Assembly: GCA_019234745.1 (NCBI GenBank)
Contig: JAFAKZ010000348.1
Location: 1-55,474 of the forward strand
DNA: 55,474 bases
Reading direction: 5' to 3'
Source of the DNA: Burkholderiales bacterium
Lineage (GTDB): Bacteria > Pseudomonadota > Gammaproteobacteria > Burkholderiales > Chitinimonadaceae
In this document: in pieces, positions 1 through 8,813 of the stretch
How the letters are laid out: each line of letters begins with the position of its first letter
Position numbering within the stretch: position 1 is the first letter of the stretch
Program-made: the position numbers and the translations under genes
Notes under the pieces: generated by a model
Seen by the model: only the letters and a program-made list of their open reading frames with translations
What the model was told of the DNA's origin: nothing
Databases searched by the model: none

Positions 1-987
1 CATGCCGATGACAGTATCGATGTACTTGGGTGGCAGGCCGAAGCCCGGGCGGATCGCGCGCACATGATCCTTTCCCAACACCTCGCCCGCCTTGACATCC
101 TTGACCACATAGAGCGAACGGCGGAAAGCCAACGAGGGCTTCTCGGCCAGCGTCGGCCCGTAGCTGACCCGGCCCATGGCTTGCCAGGCACGCTCCGTTT
201 CAACCACCAGTTGCGCCATCTCCTCCGGTTCCAGCGAAAAGGTGGAGTCCACACCGCCGTCGGCACGGCGCAGGGTGAAATGCTTCTCCACCACGACGGC
301 GCCGAGCGACACAGCGGCCACGGCCGCGCCGACACCCATCGTATGGTCGGACAAACCCACCTCGCAGCCGAACAGCTCGCGCAGATGGGGAATCGTGCGC
401 AGATGGGTATTTTCCGGTGAGGCCGGATAGGTGCTGGTGCACTTCAGCAGGATGAGGTCGCGGCAACCCGCCTCGCGCGCCGCTTTTACCGACTCTTCCA
501 GCTCACCCACGGTCGCCATGCCAGTCGAAATGATCATGGGCTTGCCCGTGGCCGCTACCTTGCGGATCAGCGGGATATCGGTATTTTCGAAGCTGGCGAT
601 CTTGAATGCCGGCACGCCTAGCGAGTCGAGAAACTCTACGGCCGTCTCGTCGAATGGCGTGGAAAAGGCCAACATGCCCAACTCCTGGGCACGGTCGAAA
701 ATGGGCTTGTGCCACTCCCAAGGCGTATGCGCCTCTTCATACAGTTTATAGAGCCGCTTGCCGGACCACAGGCTGTTCGGGTCGTCGATGCTGAAGCCGC
801 CGCCCGTAAGGTCAAGCGTCATCGTGTCGGCCGTGTAGGTTTGCAGCTTGAGCGCATGCGCTCCCGCCTTGGCAGCAGCCTCGACGATGGCCAAGGCACG
901 CTCCAGCGACTGGTTATGGTTGCCGCTCATCTCGGCGATGATGAAGGGCCGGTGTCCGGTCCCGATTGCGTGCTGACCTATCTTCAT
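1..987 (-). CDS. pseI: Pseudaminic acid synthase (NeuB/PseI family); C-terminal end cut by the window edge, 329 codons present
   Basis: Absent from the ORF track because it runs off the window. My reverse translation from ATG 987-985 gives MKIGQHAIGTGHRPFIIAEMSGNHNQSLERALAIVEAAAKAGAHALKLQTYTADTMTL...GLSDHTMG...RSLYVVKDVKAGEVL...YIDTVIGM, open in frame to position 1. This is a NeuB-type sugar-phosphate/PEP condensing enzyme with the start of a SAF domain. It is the last gene of a pseB-C-F-G-H-I ordered cluster. Confidence 0.85.
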   Translation of the reverse strand, partial: MKIGQHAIGTGHRPFIIAEMSGNHNQSLERALAIVEAAAKAGAHALKLQTYTADTMTLDLTGGGFSIDDPNSLWSGKRLYKLYEEAHTPWEWHKPIFDRAQELGMLAFSTPFDETAVEFLDSLGVPAFKIASFENTDIPLIRKVAATGKPMIISTGMATVGELEESVKAAREAGCRDLILLKCTSTYPASPENTHLRTIPHLRELFGCEVGLSDHTMGVGAAVAAVSLGAVVVEKHFTLRRADGGVDSTFSLEPEEMAQLVVETERAWQAMGRVSYGPTLAEKPSLAFRRSLYVVKDVKAGEVLGKDHVRAIRPGFGLPPKYIDTVIGM

Positions 988-1022
988 ATGTCTCGTCCTG
1001 GCTACTTGCCGCGGCTAAGGCT

Positions 1023-1058
1023 TGTTCACACTATTTTCCCGGGGAAATAGTGTGAACA
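1023..1058. repeat. Perfect 14-bp inverted repeat TGTTCACACTATTT-N8-AAATAGTGTGAACA in the 75-nt pseH-pseI gap
   Basis: Read directly: 1023-1036 is the exact reverse complement of 1045-1058, with spacer TCCCGGGG. It lies in the largest non-coding gap inside the otherwise overlapping pse chain. It could be an operator or an RNA stem-loop. Confidence 0.7.
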
Positions 1059-1062
1059 GGCC

Positions 1063-1536
1063 CTAGTCTACGCGACCCGGGCCTTGCTCACTTACTACGT
1101 CACGCACAAAGTACAGCGTATCCCCGTCCTGCCCCGACATACGCATACCTGCCGCTTCGGCTACCTTTACCGAGGCAACGTTCCCAGCCTTGATCTCCGC
1201 CCGCACCACACATCCGACCGGCATATCCTGAATTGCCATCGACACCATCTGTGTTGCCACACCTCGGCCTCGTGCCTCTGGTGCAACGGACCACGACAGC
1301 AGCGCAGAACCGTCTGCGCAGAGATCAATACGGACCGTGCCGACCGGCCTTCCCTGCTCTTCCGCCAGCAACAACTTGCGCAGCGGGTTGGCAAGCGTCG
1401 CATCCAGCCAACCGGCGTGCGATTCGAATGACAAGACATCCGTCTGATGGCTGGCCGCCCGCGTCACCGGGTCGTTACGCCAGTCGAACAAGGTCCGGGC
1501 ATCAGCCATGGTCGCGCAGCGCAGTTGGAGCGTCAT
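1063..1536 (-). CDS. pseH: GNAT-family N-acetyltransferase in the PseH position (UDP-4-amino-4,6-dideoxy-N-acetyl-beta-L-altrosamine N-acetyltransferase)
   Basis: ORF 1063..1581. I moved the start to ATG 1536 (MTLQLRCATMADARTLFDWRNDPVTR...), which overlaps the pseG stop as ATGA. It is a small (~157 aa) GNAT-like protein located between pseG and pseI. An alternative start is ATG 1509. Confidence 0.72.
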   Translation of the reverse strand: MTLQLRCATMADARTLFDWRNDPVTRAASHQTDVLSFESHAGWLDATLANPLRKLLLAEEQGRPVGTVRIDLCADGSALLSWSVAPEARGRGVATQMVSMAIQDMPVGCVVRAEIKAGNVASVKVAEAAGMRMSGQDGDTLYFVRDVVSEQGPGRVD

Positions 1537-2606
1537 GGACTTCCCGTTCGACCCGCATCGATTGCAAACAAGGCAGTGCATGCACGATCCACGCCATGGC
1601 CATCTACAAGGCGGCGTGACAGCTGCGCCATCGATATGCGCAAATCGGCATCCTCAACCAGCTTGCGCAATGCGACCGCGATAACGGGCACGGTCACCTC
1701 GGCACTCCGCCCAAGATAGAGCTGCGCCCCCTGCTCCGCCATCAGCTGCGCATTGGCGATCTGATTGGCAGCAACGGCAATGCAGATGGTGGGCAGGCCT
1801 GTGCTGGCGCGTTCCCAGGTCGTGGTGCCGCCCGCGCCAACGGCGATATCTGCCTGGCGCATGCGTGCGGCCATATCGTCGACATGGTGACAGGCCTGCC
1901 AGCCCTTGTCCTGGCAGCGGTCGCGCACGGCTTGCCATGAGGGGTTGGCCTTGCCGGCCACCACTTCAACCGCCACACCGGACAGGCCCTGCAATGCGTC
2001 GAGCACCTTCATCGTCTCACCCGTTGGATCTGCTCCACCAAAATTGACGAGCACGCGCCGTACCGGCCGCTCAGGGTAGCGCTCTTCGTATTCGCCGAAC
2101 TCGTCGCGCAGCAGCGCGTAGGACGGCCCCAGCAACTGCTTGCAATGGCTCGGCACCAGGTCGGCATAGGCCCCATCATTCGCCGTAAGATTTTGATCCA
2201 GCAGCAGCTCTGCGGCGTGTGAACGGTTTGCCAGGTCGTCAATGACCATCAGGCGCTGGGCGAAGCTATGCGCGCCCTCTTCCCAGGTCGCGTCCAAGCC
2301 GTAGTGGTCGACGATGCACCAATCCACGGGCTCGCCACCCAATGCACGCTCCACCGCCTCCAGGTCATCGAGCCAGGGCACGAGCGACCCAGCGGCGCCC
2401 TCCTCAGTCTCGCTCTCGTAGCGAGCTGGCAAGAGCAATACGGGAAATTCCGGCGTTACCATATCGAGCATGGCCGGCGCCAAGTCGCGCATGGCAAAGC
2501 GCACGCTGGCGCCCCGCGTCGCCAAACCGCGCGCCAAAGCCAGACAGCGCATCAAGTGGCCACTGCCAATCTTTGCCGATGCGTCGACCCGGACCAGGAC
2601 GTTCAT
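1533..2606 (-). CDS. pseG: UDP-2,4-diacetamido-2,4,6-trideoxy-beta-L-altropyranose hydrolase (PseG, GT28-like fold)
   Basis: ORF 1533..2609. The N-terminus MNVLVRVDASAKIGSGHLMRCLALARGL is typical of PseG. ATG 2606 overlaps the pseF stop (TGATG). Position in the pse cluster supports the call. Confidence 0.8.
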   Translation of the reverse strand: MNVLVRVDASAKIGSGHLMRCLALARGLATRGASVRFAMRDLAPAMLDMVTPEFPVLLLPARYESETEEGAAGSLVPWLDDLEAVERALGGEPVDWCIVDHYGLDATWEEGAHSFAQRLMVIDDLANRSHAAELLLDQNLTANDGAYADLVPSHCKQLLGPSYALLRDEFGEYEERYPERPVRRVLVNFGGADPTGETMKVLDALQGLSGVAVEVVAGKANPSWQAVRDRCQDKGWQACHHVDDMAARMRQADIAVGAGGTTTWERASTGLPTICIAVAANQIANAQLMAEQGAQLYLGRSAEVTVPVIAVALRKLVEDADLRISMAQLSRRLVDGHGVDRACTALFAIDAGRTGSP

Positions 2607-3313
2607 CACGCAATCTCACCTAGTTGCTGAAGCGCTGCGTAGAGCAGCTCTGCGCGCCGCCAGTCGTCCGGAGTATCGATATCCTGGACTCGGTGGCGCG
2701 GCAACTTGTAGGGTAGCGAGCAGGGAGACATGATGGGATCGCCGCGCAGCCAGGCCGCCGTCCTGCCGATATAGAACTGGCCGGCGTCGTGGAAGGCTGG
2801 TTCCAGATCCTGCGAGCGCGTGTCGCGATACTGCGGGTAGAGCGCATCCACCGCCCCATCCGCGCCCAGCTTGAGCGCACGCTGTACGGGAAAGTCAAAA
2901 TGGGTGACCGAGAATACGTACGACTTGTCCGGCCGCTGTTCCAACTGCGCCGCCGCTTCCTGCAGCGATTCGGCTGCCAGCATGGGTGCCGTCGCATAGA
3001 GGCAGCAGACGTAGTCAGCCTTCGTGCCCTGCTCGGCCACGCTGTTGATAGCGTGCTGGATCACGGCCAGCGTCGTGGCGAAATCGTTGGCCAGCTCGTC
3101 TGGCCGGCGAAACGGGACATCAGCGCCAAGCGACACGGCCAGGTCGGCGATCTCATCATCGTCCGTGCTTACCACGATCCGATCGAACAAGCGTGAACGG
3201 CGGGCAACGTCAATAGAGTAGGCAATGATGGGCTTGCCATGAAAGGGACGCAGATTCTTGCGCGGAATCCGCTTGCTGCCGCCACGGGCAGGAATGATGG
3301 CGATTCGACTCAT
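2606..3313 (-). CDS. pseF: Pseudaminic acid cytidylyltransferase (CMP-sugar synthetase, NeuA/KdsB-like)
   Basis: ORF 2606..3313. MSRIAIIPARGGSKRIPRKNL is the cytidylyltransferase N-terminal motif. About 235 aa, in pse cluster context. Confidence 0.85.
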   Translation of the reverse strand: MSRIAIIPARGGSKRIPRKNLRPFHGKPIIAYSIDVARRSRLFDRIVVSTDDDEIADLAVSLGADVPFRRPDELANDFATTLAVIQHAINSVAEQGTKADYVCCLYATAPMLAAESLQEAAAQLEQRPDKSYVFSVTHFDFPVQRALKLGADGAVDALYPQYRDTRSQDLEPAFHDAGQFYIGRTAAWLRGDPIMSPCSLPYKLPRHRVQDIDTPDDWRRAELLYAALQQLGEIA

Positions 3314-3343
3314 ATACGATGTCCTGCGTCGCTATCGCGCTTG

Positions 3344-4516
3344 CTAGACGGCATCGCCTAACACAGTGCCCAGCGCCGCCACGACCTTGTCCTGCTGCTC
3401 ATCGGTGAGTCCAGCATACATCGGCAGCGTGATGGCCTCGCGATAATAGCGCTCCGCTTCTGGGAAGTCGCCCGCCTGGTAGCCGAACTGCCGGTAATAG
3501 GGCTGCAGATGCACAGGGATATAGTGCATGTTCACGCCAACACCGGCCGCGCGCAAGGCCTCGAACACGGCCTCGTAGGGCTTACCGATGCGTTCCAACT
3601 GCAGGCGCACGACGTAAAGATGCCAGGCCGACTCCGTTCCCGCCTGGCGCGTGGGCAATTGTAGCGGTAGGTCGGCCAACAGGGCATCGTAACGGGCTGC
3701 TAACGCACGACGGCGCGCGAGGAAGGCATCCAGGCGCTTGAGTTGCGACAGGCCCAGCACCGCCTGGATGTCGGTCAGGCGGTAGTTGTAACCCAGCTGC
3801 GTCATCTCGTAGTACCACGGACCGTGGCTGGGCTCGTGCATTTCATCCGGATTACGTGTGATGCCGTGGCTGCGAGCGCTGCGCAGGCGGTTCGCCAGGT
3901 CGTCGCTATTGGTCACGACGATGCCACCCTCGCCCGTCGTGATGATCTTGACGGGGTGGAAGCTGAATACGGTCATGTCGGCGTAGTCGCCGCAGCCGAC
4001 GGGCTTGCCGAGGTAGCTCGCCCCGACGGCGTGCGACGCATCCTCGATGATGGCGAAGCCATACTGCTGTGACAGCGCCTTGATGCGCGCCATATCGCAG
4101 CTCTGGCCGCTGAAGGCGACGGGCACAACAGCCTTGGGCAGGCGCCCTAGGCGTTCGGCCTCAACCAGCTTGGCCGCCAGCTTCTCGGCGTCCATATTCC
4201 AGGTCTTTGCGTCCATGTCGACGAAATCGACATTGGCGCCGCAGTAGCGGCCGCAGTTGGCGGAAGCGACGAAGGTGTTCGGCGTCGTCCACAGCCAGTC
4301 GCCATGATCCAGCCCCAGCGCCATGCAGGCGATGTGCAGGCCCGCCGTGGCGTTACAGATCGCCACTGCATGACGCGCACCGCAACGTTCTGCCATGGCC
4401 CGCTCGAACCGGTCGATGGACGGACCCTGCGTGAGCCAGTCCGATTTAAGGACTTCGACGACAGCGTCGATGTCGTCCTGATCTATGCTTTGGCGACCGT
4501 AGGGGATCATGGGCAT
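3344..4516 (-). CDS. pseC: UDP-4-amino-4,6-dideoxy-N-acetyl-beta-L-altrosamine transaminase (DegT/DnrJ/EryC1 PLP aminotransferase)
   Basis: ORF 3344..4519. N-terminus M(P)MIPYGRQSIDQDDIDAVVEVLKSDWLTQGP. SFHPVKIITTGEGG is the PLP-lysine region. ATG 4516 overlaps the pseB stop by 1 nt (TGATG). Confidence 0.87.
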   Translation of the reverse strand: MPMIPYGRQSIDQDDIDAVVEVLKSDWLTQGPSIDRFERAMAERCGARHAVAICNATAGLHIACMALGLDHGDWLWTTPNTFVASANCGRYCGANVDFVDMDAKTWNMDAEKLAAKLVEAERLGRLPKAVVPVAFSGQSCDMARIKALSQQYGFAIIEDASHAVGASYLGKPVGCGDYADMTVFSFHPVKIITTGEGGIVVTNSDDLANRLRSARSHGITRNPDEMHEPSHGPWYYEMTQLGYNYRLTDIQAVLGLSQLKRLDAFLARRRALAARYDALLADLPLQLPTRQAGTESAWHLYVVRLQLERIGKPYEAVFEALRAAGVGVNMHYIPVHLQPYYRQFGYQAGDFPEAERYYREAITLPMYAGLTDEQQDKVVAALGTVLGDAV

Positions 4517-5511
4517 CAATGCGAAGCGTTAAGCGCGGCGATCTCTTCCACCGTAAGGTAATGCGGGTTCGTGTCCGAACGGTATTCGAACTCCTCGTCC
4601 ACCGGCCTGCCCTGCTCGCCCGCCGCGTCCACCGCGTAGTCGATGTCCACATTGGTGAATCGCGCCGAGGGCTGGATCACGTAATGGTCATCGAATTCGA
4701 TGGTCATGCGCGCGTCGTCCAAAGGCACCATCAGCTCATGCAGCTTCTCGCCGGGGCGGATGCCCACATGCTTGTGCGGTAGGTTCGGTGCCATGGCGTG
4801 CGCCAGGTCCACCACACGAATCGAGGGAATCTTGGGCACGAACAACTCGCCGCCGCGCATCCGGTTAAAGTTGGACAGCACAAAATCGACTCCGTGCTCC
4901 AGCGTGATCCAGAAGCGCGTCATGCGCGGGTCGGTGATGGGCAGTTCCTTTGCACCATCGCGGATCAACTTGTCGAAGAAGGGCACGACGGAGCCGCGCG
5001 AGCCGACCACATTGCCGTAGCGCACGACGGAAAAGCGCGTGGCTTGGCCACCAGAGATATTGTTCGCGGCGACAAAGAGCTTGTCGCTGAGCAGCTTGGT
5101 CGCACCGTACAGGTTGATCGGGCTGGCCGCCTTATCAGTGGACAGCGCAATCACTTTCTTCACGCCGTTTTCCAGCGCGGCGGCGATCACGTTCTCGGCA
5201 CCGGATACATTGGTGCGGATGCATTCCGTCGGGTTGTACTCCGCAGCCGGCACCTGCTTGAGCGCTGCCGCATGCACGACATAGTCGATGCCGCGCATGG
5301 CCTGGCGCATACGAGCGGCATCGCGCACATCGCCCAGGAAGTAGCGCATGCAGGGCGCGTTGAACTCCTGCTGCATTTCGAATTGCTTAAGTTCGTCGCG
5401 CGACAGCACGACGACGCGACGCGGCTTATAGCGCGCCAGCAGCGTGGCGATAAACTTGCGCCCAAACGAGCCCGTGCCCCCAGTGATCAGGATGGACTGA
5501 TTGTCGAACAT
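4516..5511 (-). CDS. pseB: UDP-N-acetylglucosamine 4,6-dehydratase (inverting), CapD/FlaA1 family
   Basis: ORF 4516..5565. Contains MFDNQSILITGGTGSFGRKF (Rossmann GxxGxxG) and ALSTDKAASPINLYGATKL (SDR catalytic region). Start is either ATG 5511 (preferred) or ATG 5565, which would overlap the upstream gene by 14 nt. Confidence 0.87.
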   Translation of the reverse strand: MFDNQSILITGGTGSFGRKFIATLLARYKPRRVVVLSRDELKQFEMQQEFNAPCMRYFLGDVRDAARMRQAMRGIDYVVHAAALKQVPAAEYNPTECIRTNVSGAENVIAAALENGVKKVIALSTDKAASPINLYGATKLLSDKLFVAANNISGGQATRFSVVRYGNVVGSRGSVVPFFDKLIRDGAKELPITDPRMTRFWITLEHGVDFVLSNFNRMRGGELFVPKIPSIRVVDLAHAMAPNLPHKHVGIRPGEKLHELMVPLDDARMTIEFDDHYVIQPSARFTNVDIDYAVDAAGEQGRPVDEEFEYRSDTNPHYLTVEEIAALNASH

Positions 5512-5551
5512 TGACCGTGCCCCCGTCGTTCTGCCTGTCGTATATTGGGCT

Positions 5552-7027
5552 TCATTGTCGGCCATTCAGCGCCGGAACGACCGCGGCGTTGATATGGCTA
5601 AGCAATGTGCTGCGCATGATGGACAGCGGCGCGCCCCAGTCGAGAAAGCGGGTTTGCGTATAGCGAATCACGCTGGGATACCAACGCGAGCGCCTGTCCG
5701 GCCCATGCCAGCGCCATTCTGGAGCAAGCGCAAGCAATCCCCATGCCGGAACGTGCACCGCACCAGCAAGGTTCAGCAAAGCAGTGTCCACGGAAATAAC
5801 CATGTCGAGACTGGCGAGTACGGCCGCCGTATCCTCAAAATCGGCGATTTCGCCCGTGAGATCAACGACGTCAGCCACGTCTCGCAGCGTGTTGAGCTCG
5901 TCAGCCGCACCCATCTGAAGGTTTACCAGCGTAAGGCTCGGTATATCGCGGAAAACCGTGGCGAATTGTTCGACTGGGCAATTGCGGTATTTCACACCCG
6001 TTGTGGCGCTATTCCCGGCCCAGGTGATACCTATCTTGATCGTGCCACTGCTGCGTGCAAGCGTATTGCGCCAGGCGGCAATTTTTTCCGGCCGCGCCTT
6101 CAGGTAGGGCGTGACGTTCGGTACATGGCCAGCGCGGGTCTGGTACAAGCCCGGTAAGCTGCCGAGCGCAATCTGCCAGTCGCAAGCGGGCCGAGCGTCG
6201 CCCAAGGCGATAAATTCAATGCCTGGCATGGCCGCGCGGAACAGGCCAAGCAAGGGCGGAGGAACGGCGACCAGTAGGTTTACGCCCTGCTCGGCCAGAT
6301 GTGGCAGATAGCGTGCGAACAGGATGGCATCACCCAAGCCCTGGTCGCTATAGACGAACACACGCTGGCCCTGCTCGAACACGCCTTGCCAACGTGGTTC
6401 GGCTGCGCTTACCTGCTTGCTCAGGCGCGGATCGAGGCGATGCTCGAACGCGTCCCAGCCGTGCGCGTAATCGCCGTGAGCCAATAGACTCAGGGCGCGC
6501 TGGTGCTGTGCCTGCAAGAGGCCAGGATCGAGGCGCAGCGCCTCTTCATAGCATGATATGGCGTCCTCAAAGCGACCTGCCAGGCGGCGTACTTCACCCA
6601 GATTGAACTGGGCCAGCGCACGGTCCGAATGCAGCTGCGCGACCTTGGTCAGGGCGGCGTCCGCGCTCGTCAGGTCGCCCGTATCGACCAGCGCCAGGCC
6701 GCTACTCTCCAGCACAGCAATGGATTGTGGGTCCAGCTGCGCCGCAATCGACAACATGGCGACGCACTTGTCCATTTGGCCAGCGGCGCGGTAAAGCTCG
6801 CCCAGGTTGCAGGCATAGCGTGCATTACGCCCGTCCTGCTGCTGACAGAATTCAAGCGCTTCAATGGCATTGCCCAGCTGACCCAGGCGGAACCAGGCCA
6901 GGCCAAAGACCTCTAGCGCGTCGAGATTGTTGGGTTCCAGCTTGAGCGCATCGGAGGCGCGGTGGATGGCGTCCTCCCAGCGCCGCTCGTTATAGGCTGA
7001 AATTGCGGCTTGGAAGGCTGGCGTCAT
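5552..7027 (-). CDS. TPR-repeat protein fused to a GT9-like (heptosyltransferase-fold, GT-B) glycosyltransferase domain; candidate pseudaminyltransferase
   Basis: ORF 5552..7030. The N-terminal ~200 aa carry repeated TPR-like 34-mers (e.g. WEDAIHRASDALKLEPNNLDALEVFG, FEDAISCYEEALRLDPG). The C-terminal half has GT9-type motifs (SDQGLGDAILFARYLP; FEDTAAVLASLDMVISVDTALLNLAGAVHVPAW). ATG 7027 overlaps the def stop (TGATG), and the stop lies 40 nt upstream of pseB. Confidence 0.75.
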   Translation of the reverse strand: MTPAFQAAISAYNERRWEDAIHRASDALKLEPNNLDALEVFGLAWFRLGQLGNAIEALEFCQQQDGRNARYACNLGELYRAAGQMDKCVAMLSIAAQLDPQSIAVLESSGLALVDTGDLTSADAALTKVAQLHSDRALAQFNLGEVRRLAGRFEDAISCYEEALRLDPGLLQAQHQRALSLLAHGDYAHGWDAFEHRLDPRLSKQVSAAEPRWQGVFEQGQRVFVYSDQGLGDAILFARYLPHLAEQGVNLLVAVPPPLLGLFRAAMPGIEFIALGDARPACDWQIALGSLPGLYQTRAGHVPNVTPYLKARPEKIAAWRNTLARSSGTIKIGITWAGNSATTGVKYRNCPVEQFATVFRDIPSLTLVNLQMGAADELNTLRDVADVVDLTGEIADFEDTAAVLASLDMVISVDTALLNLAGAVHVPAWGLLALAPEWRWHGPDRRSRWYPSVIRYTQTRFLDWGAPLSIMRSTLLSHINAAVVPALNGRQ

Positions 7028-7566
7028 CACTCCTCCGGCGGTAGCTGGTTAGGGAACAGGACGTCGGTATAGCCGAAACGGCTCAAGTCCTTGATACGCA
7101 TGGGATAGAGGATGCCGAACAGATGATCGCACTCGTGTTGCGCCACGCGGGCGTGGAAGCCCTCCACCGTGCGGTCGATGGGCTCGCCGTGTTGGTCGCA
7201 GCCCTGGTAGCGCAGCTTACTGTAACGCGGCACGACGCCGCGCATGCCGGGGACGCTCAAGCAGCCCTCCCAGTCGTCCACCATGTCGTCGCCGACGGGC
7301 GTCAGTACGGGGTTACACAGGATGGTATAGGGCACCGCTTCCGCATCGGGGTAGCGCGGGCTTTTGAAGCCACCGAAGATCGTCAGCTGCTTGGATACGC
7401 CAATCTGCGGCGCAGCAATCCCGGCGCCGCTCATGGCCACCATCGTATCCTGCATGTCCTGGATCAGTGCGAGCAAGGCAGCAGAGCCGAATTCCTGCGG
7501 CTCGATGGTATCGGCAACCCGCAGCAATAACGGGTCGCCCATCTTCAATACAGGCCTAATCGCCAT
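7027..7566 (-). CDS. def: Peptide deformylase
   Basis: ORF 7027..7566. All three PDF motifs are present: [25 protein letters not shown]. The start overlaps the upstream MTAP-family gene by 11 nt. No fmt gene is adjacent, so this may be a paralogous copy. Confidence 0.93.
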   Translation of the reverse strand: MAIRPVLKMGDPLLLRVADTIEPQEFGSAALLALIQDMQDTMVAMSGAGIAAPQIGVSKQLTIFGGFKSPRYPDAEAVPYTILCNPVLTPVGDDMVDDWEGCLSVPGMRGVVPRYSKLRYQGCDQHGEPIDRTVEGFHARVAQHECDHLFGILYPMRIKDLSRFGYTDVLFPNQLPPEE

Positions 7567-8302
7567 CGACTTTCACCAGTGCTTCCAAGATACGGTGCAC
7601 GTGCTCGATCGCATCCTCGAACACATTCTCCGCTAGGCGCAAATCCACCTTGTGCAGGCTGTCACCACGACCCGCTGCCCAGTTTGCCACCACGGCGATG
7701 GCGGCGTAACTCAACCCGGCTTCGCGCGCCAACGCCGCTTCCGGCATGCCCGTCATGCCGACAATGCTGCCGCCATCGGCCGCAATGCGGTTGATCTCGG
7801 CTGCAGTTTCCAGTCGCGGCCCTTGCGTTGCCGCATACACGCCGCCATCCAACACACGCTGCTTGGCCACCAGCGCCGCCTGCAGGATGCGTGAGCGCAG
7901 CTTCGGCGTATAGGGCTCAGTAAAGTCCACGTGCGTGACGGGCTTGTCCCCACCCTCGAAAAAAGTGTGTTTGCGGCTGTGTGTGTAGTCGATGATCTGG
8001 TTCGGCAGCACAATGGTGCCGGGCGGCAGGTCTTCACGAATGCCACCCACGGTGCAGACCGACACGACGCGCGTCACTTTCTGCTCGGCCAGCGCCCAGA
8101 TATTGGCGCGGTAATTGATCTCATGCGGCGGGATAGTGTGACCGTAACCATGCCGGGCGATGAACACGACGTGATGGCCGTTGATCTCGCCGTACATCAA
8201 GGCGCCCGAGGGCTCCCCGTAGGGGGTGCGGATGACCTGGCGATGGGTGATATTGAGATTCTTGAGCCGGGTAAGGCCGGTTCCGCCGATGATGGCGAGC
8301 AT
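7556..8302 (-). CDS. 5'-methylthioadenosine / S-methyl-5'-thioinosine phosphorylase (MTAP/PNP family)
   Basis: ORF 7556..8302. Contains [11 protein letters not shown]...[25 protein letters not shown]...GMTGMPEA, the MTAP-type nucleoside phosphorylase pattern. Confidence 0.85.
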   Translation of the reverse strand: MLAIIGGTGLTRLKNLNITHRQVIRTPYGEPSGALMYGEINGHHVVFIARHGYGHTIPPHEINYRANIWALAEQKVTRVVSVCTVGGIREDLPPGTIVLPNQIIDYTHSRKHTFFEGGDKPVTHVDFTEPYTPKLRSRILQAALVAKQRVLDGGVYAATQGPRLETAAEINRIAADGGSIVGMTGMPEAALAREAGLSYAAIAVVANWAAGRGDSLHKVDLRLAENVFEDAIEHVHRILEALVKVDGD

Positions 8303-8363
8303 ACTGCCCTCGTATTCTTTGGTGTTTCTATTCTAAGCGCGTTCTGACCGTGCGTGGCAAGCC

Positions 8364-8813
8364 TCAGAGGCCAAAGGTATAGACCCTATAGACCTCGTCA
8401 AGCTCCCAGCCATTCTCTTCATATACTGCCTGAGCCCGGGTGTTGGTATGGGCCGTGGACAGCATCAGGTAAGCCGACCCATTGGATCGGCCAAGACGCT
8501 TGGCCTCATCTAGCAGGCTTGCGGCGATACCGCGGCCACGCGCTTCGGGCAGCACGAACAGGTCGTTCAATATCCAGATAGGCGCAACAGCGATGGAGCA
8601 AAAGGCGGGGTAGAGCTGCATAAAGCCCAACACTCTCCCCTCAGCCTCGGCGAGGTAAACGGCCGACTCTGCCTTCGCCAAGCGGGCAGCGAGGAAGCGA
8701 TGCGCTGCCTCCGGGTCGCTCGGCTGTTCGTAGAACTGGCGGTACAGGTCGAACAGCCGGGTCGCCTCGTTCAAGTCATCCGAAACGGTCAGCCTGCGTA
8801 ACGTGGCGCTCAT
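8364..8813 (-). CDS. GNAT family N-acetyltransferase
   Basis: ORF 8364..8813. [20 protein letters not shown] is the acetyl-CoA binding (Q/R-x-x-G-x-G/A) motif. The start overlaps the galU stop (ATGA). Confidence 0.8.
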   Translation of the reverse strand: MSATLRRLTVSDDLNEATRLFDLYRQFYEQPSDPEAAHRFLAARLAKAESAVYLAEAEGRVLGFMQLYPAFCSIAVAPIWILNDLFVLPEARGRGIAASLLDEAKRLGRSNGSAYLMLSTAHTNTRAQAVYEENGWELDEVYRVYTFGL

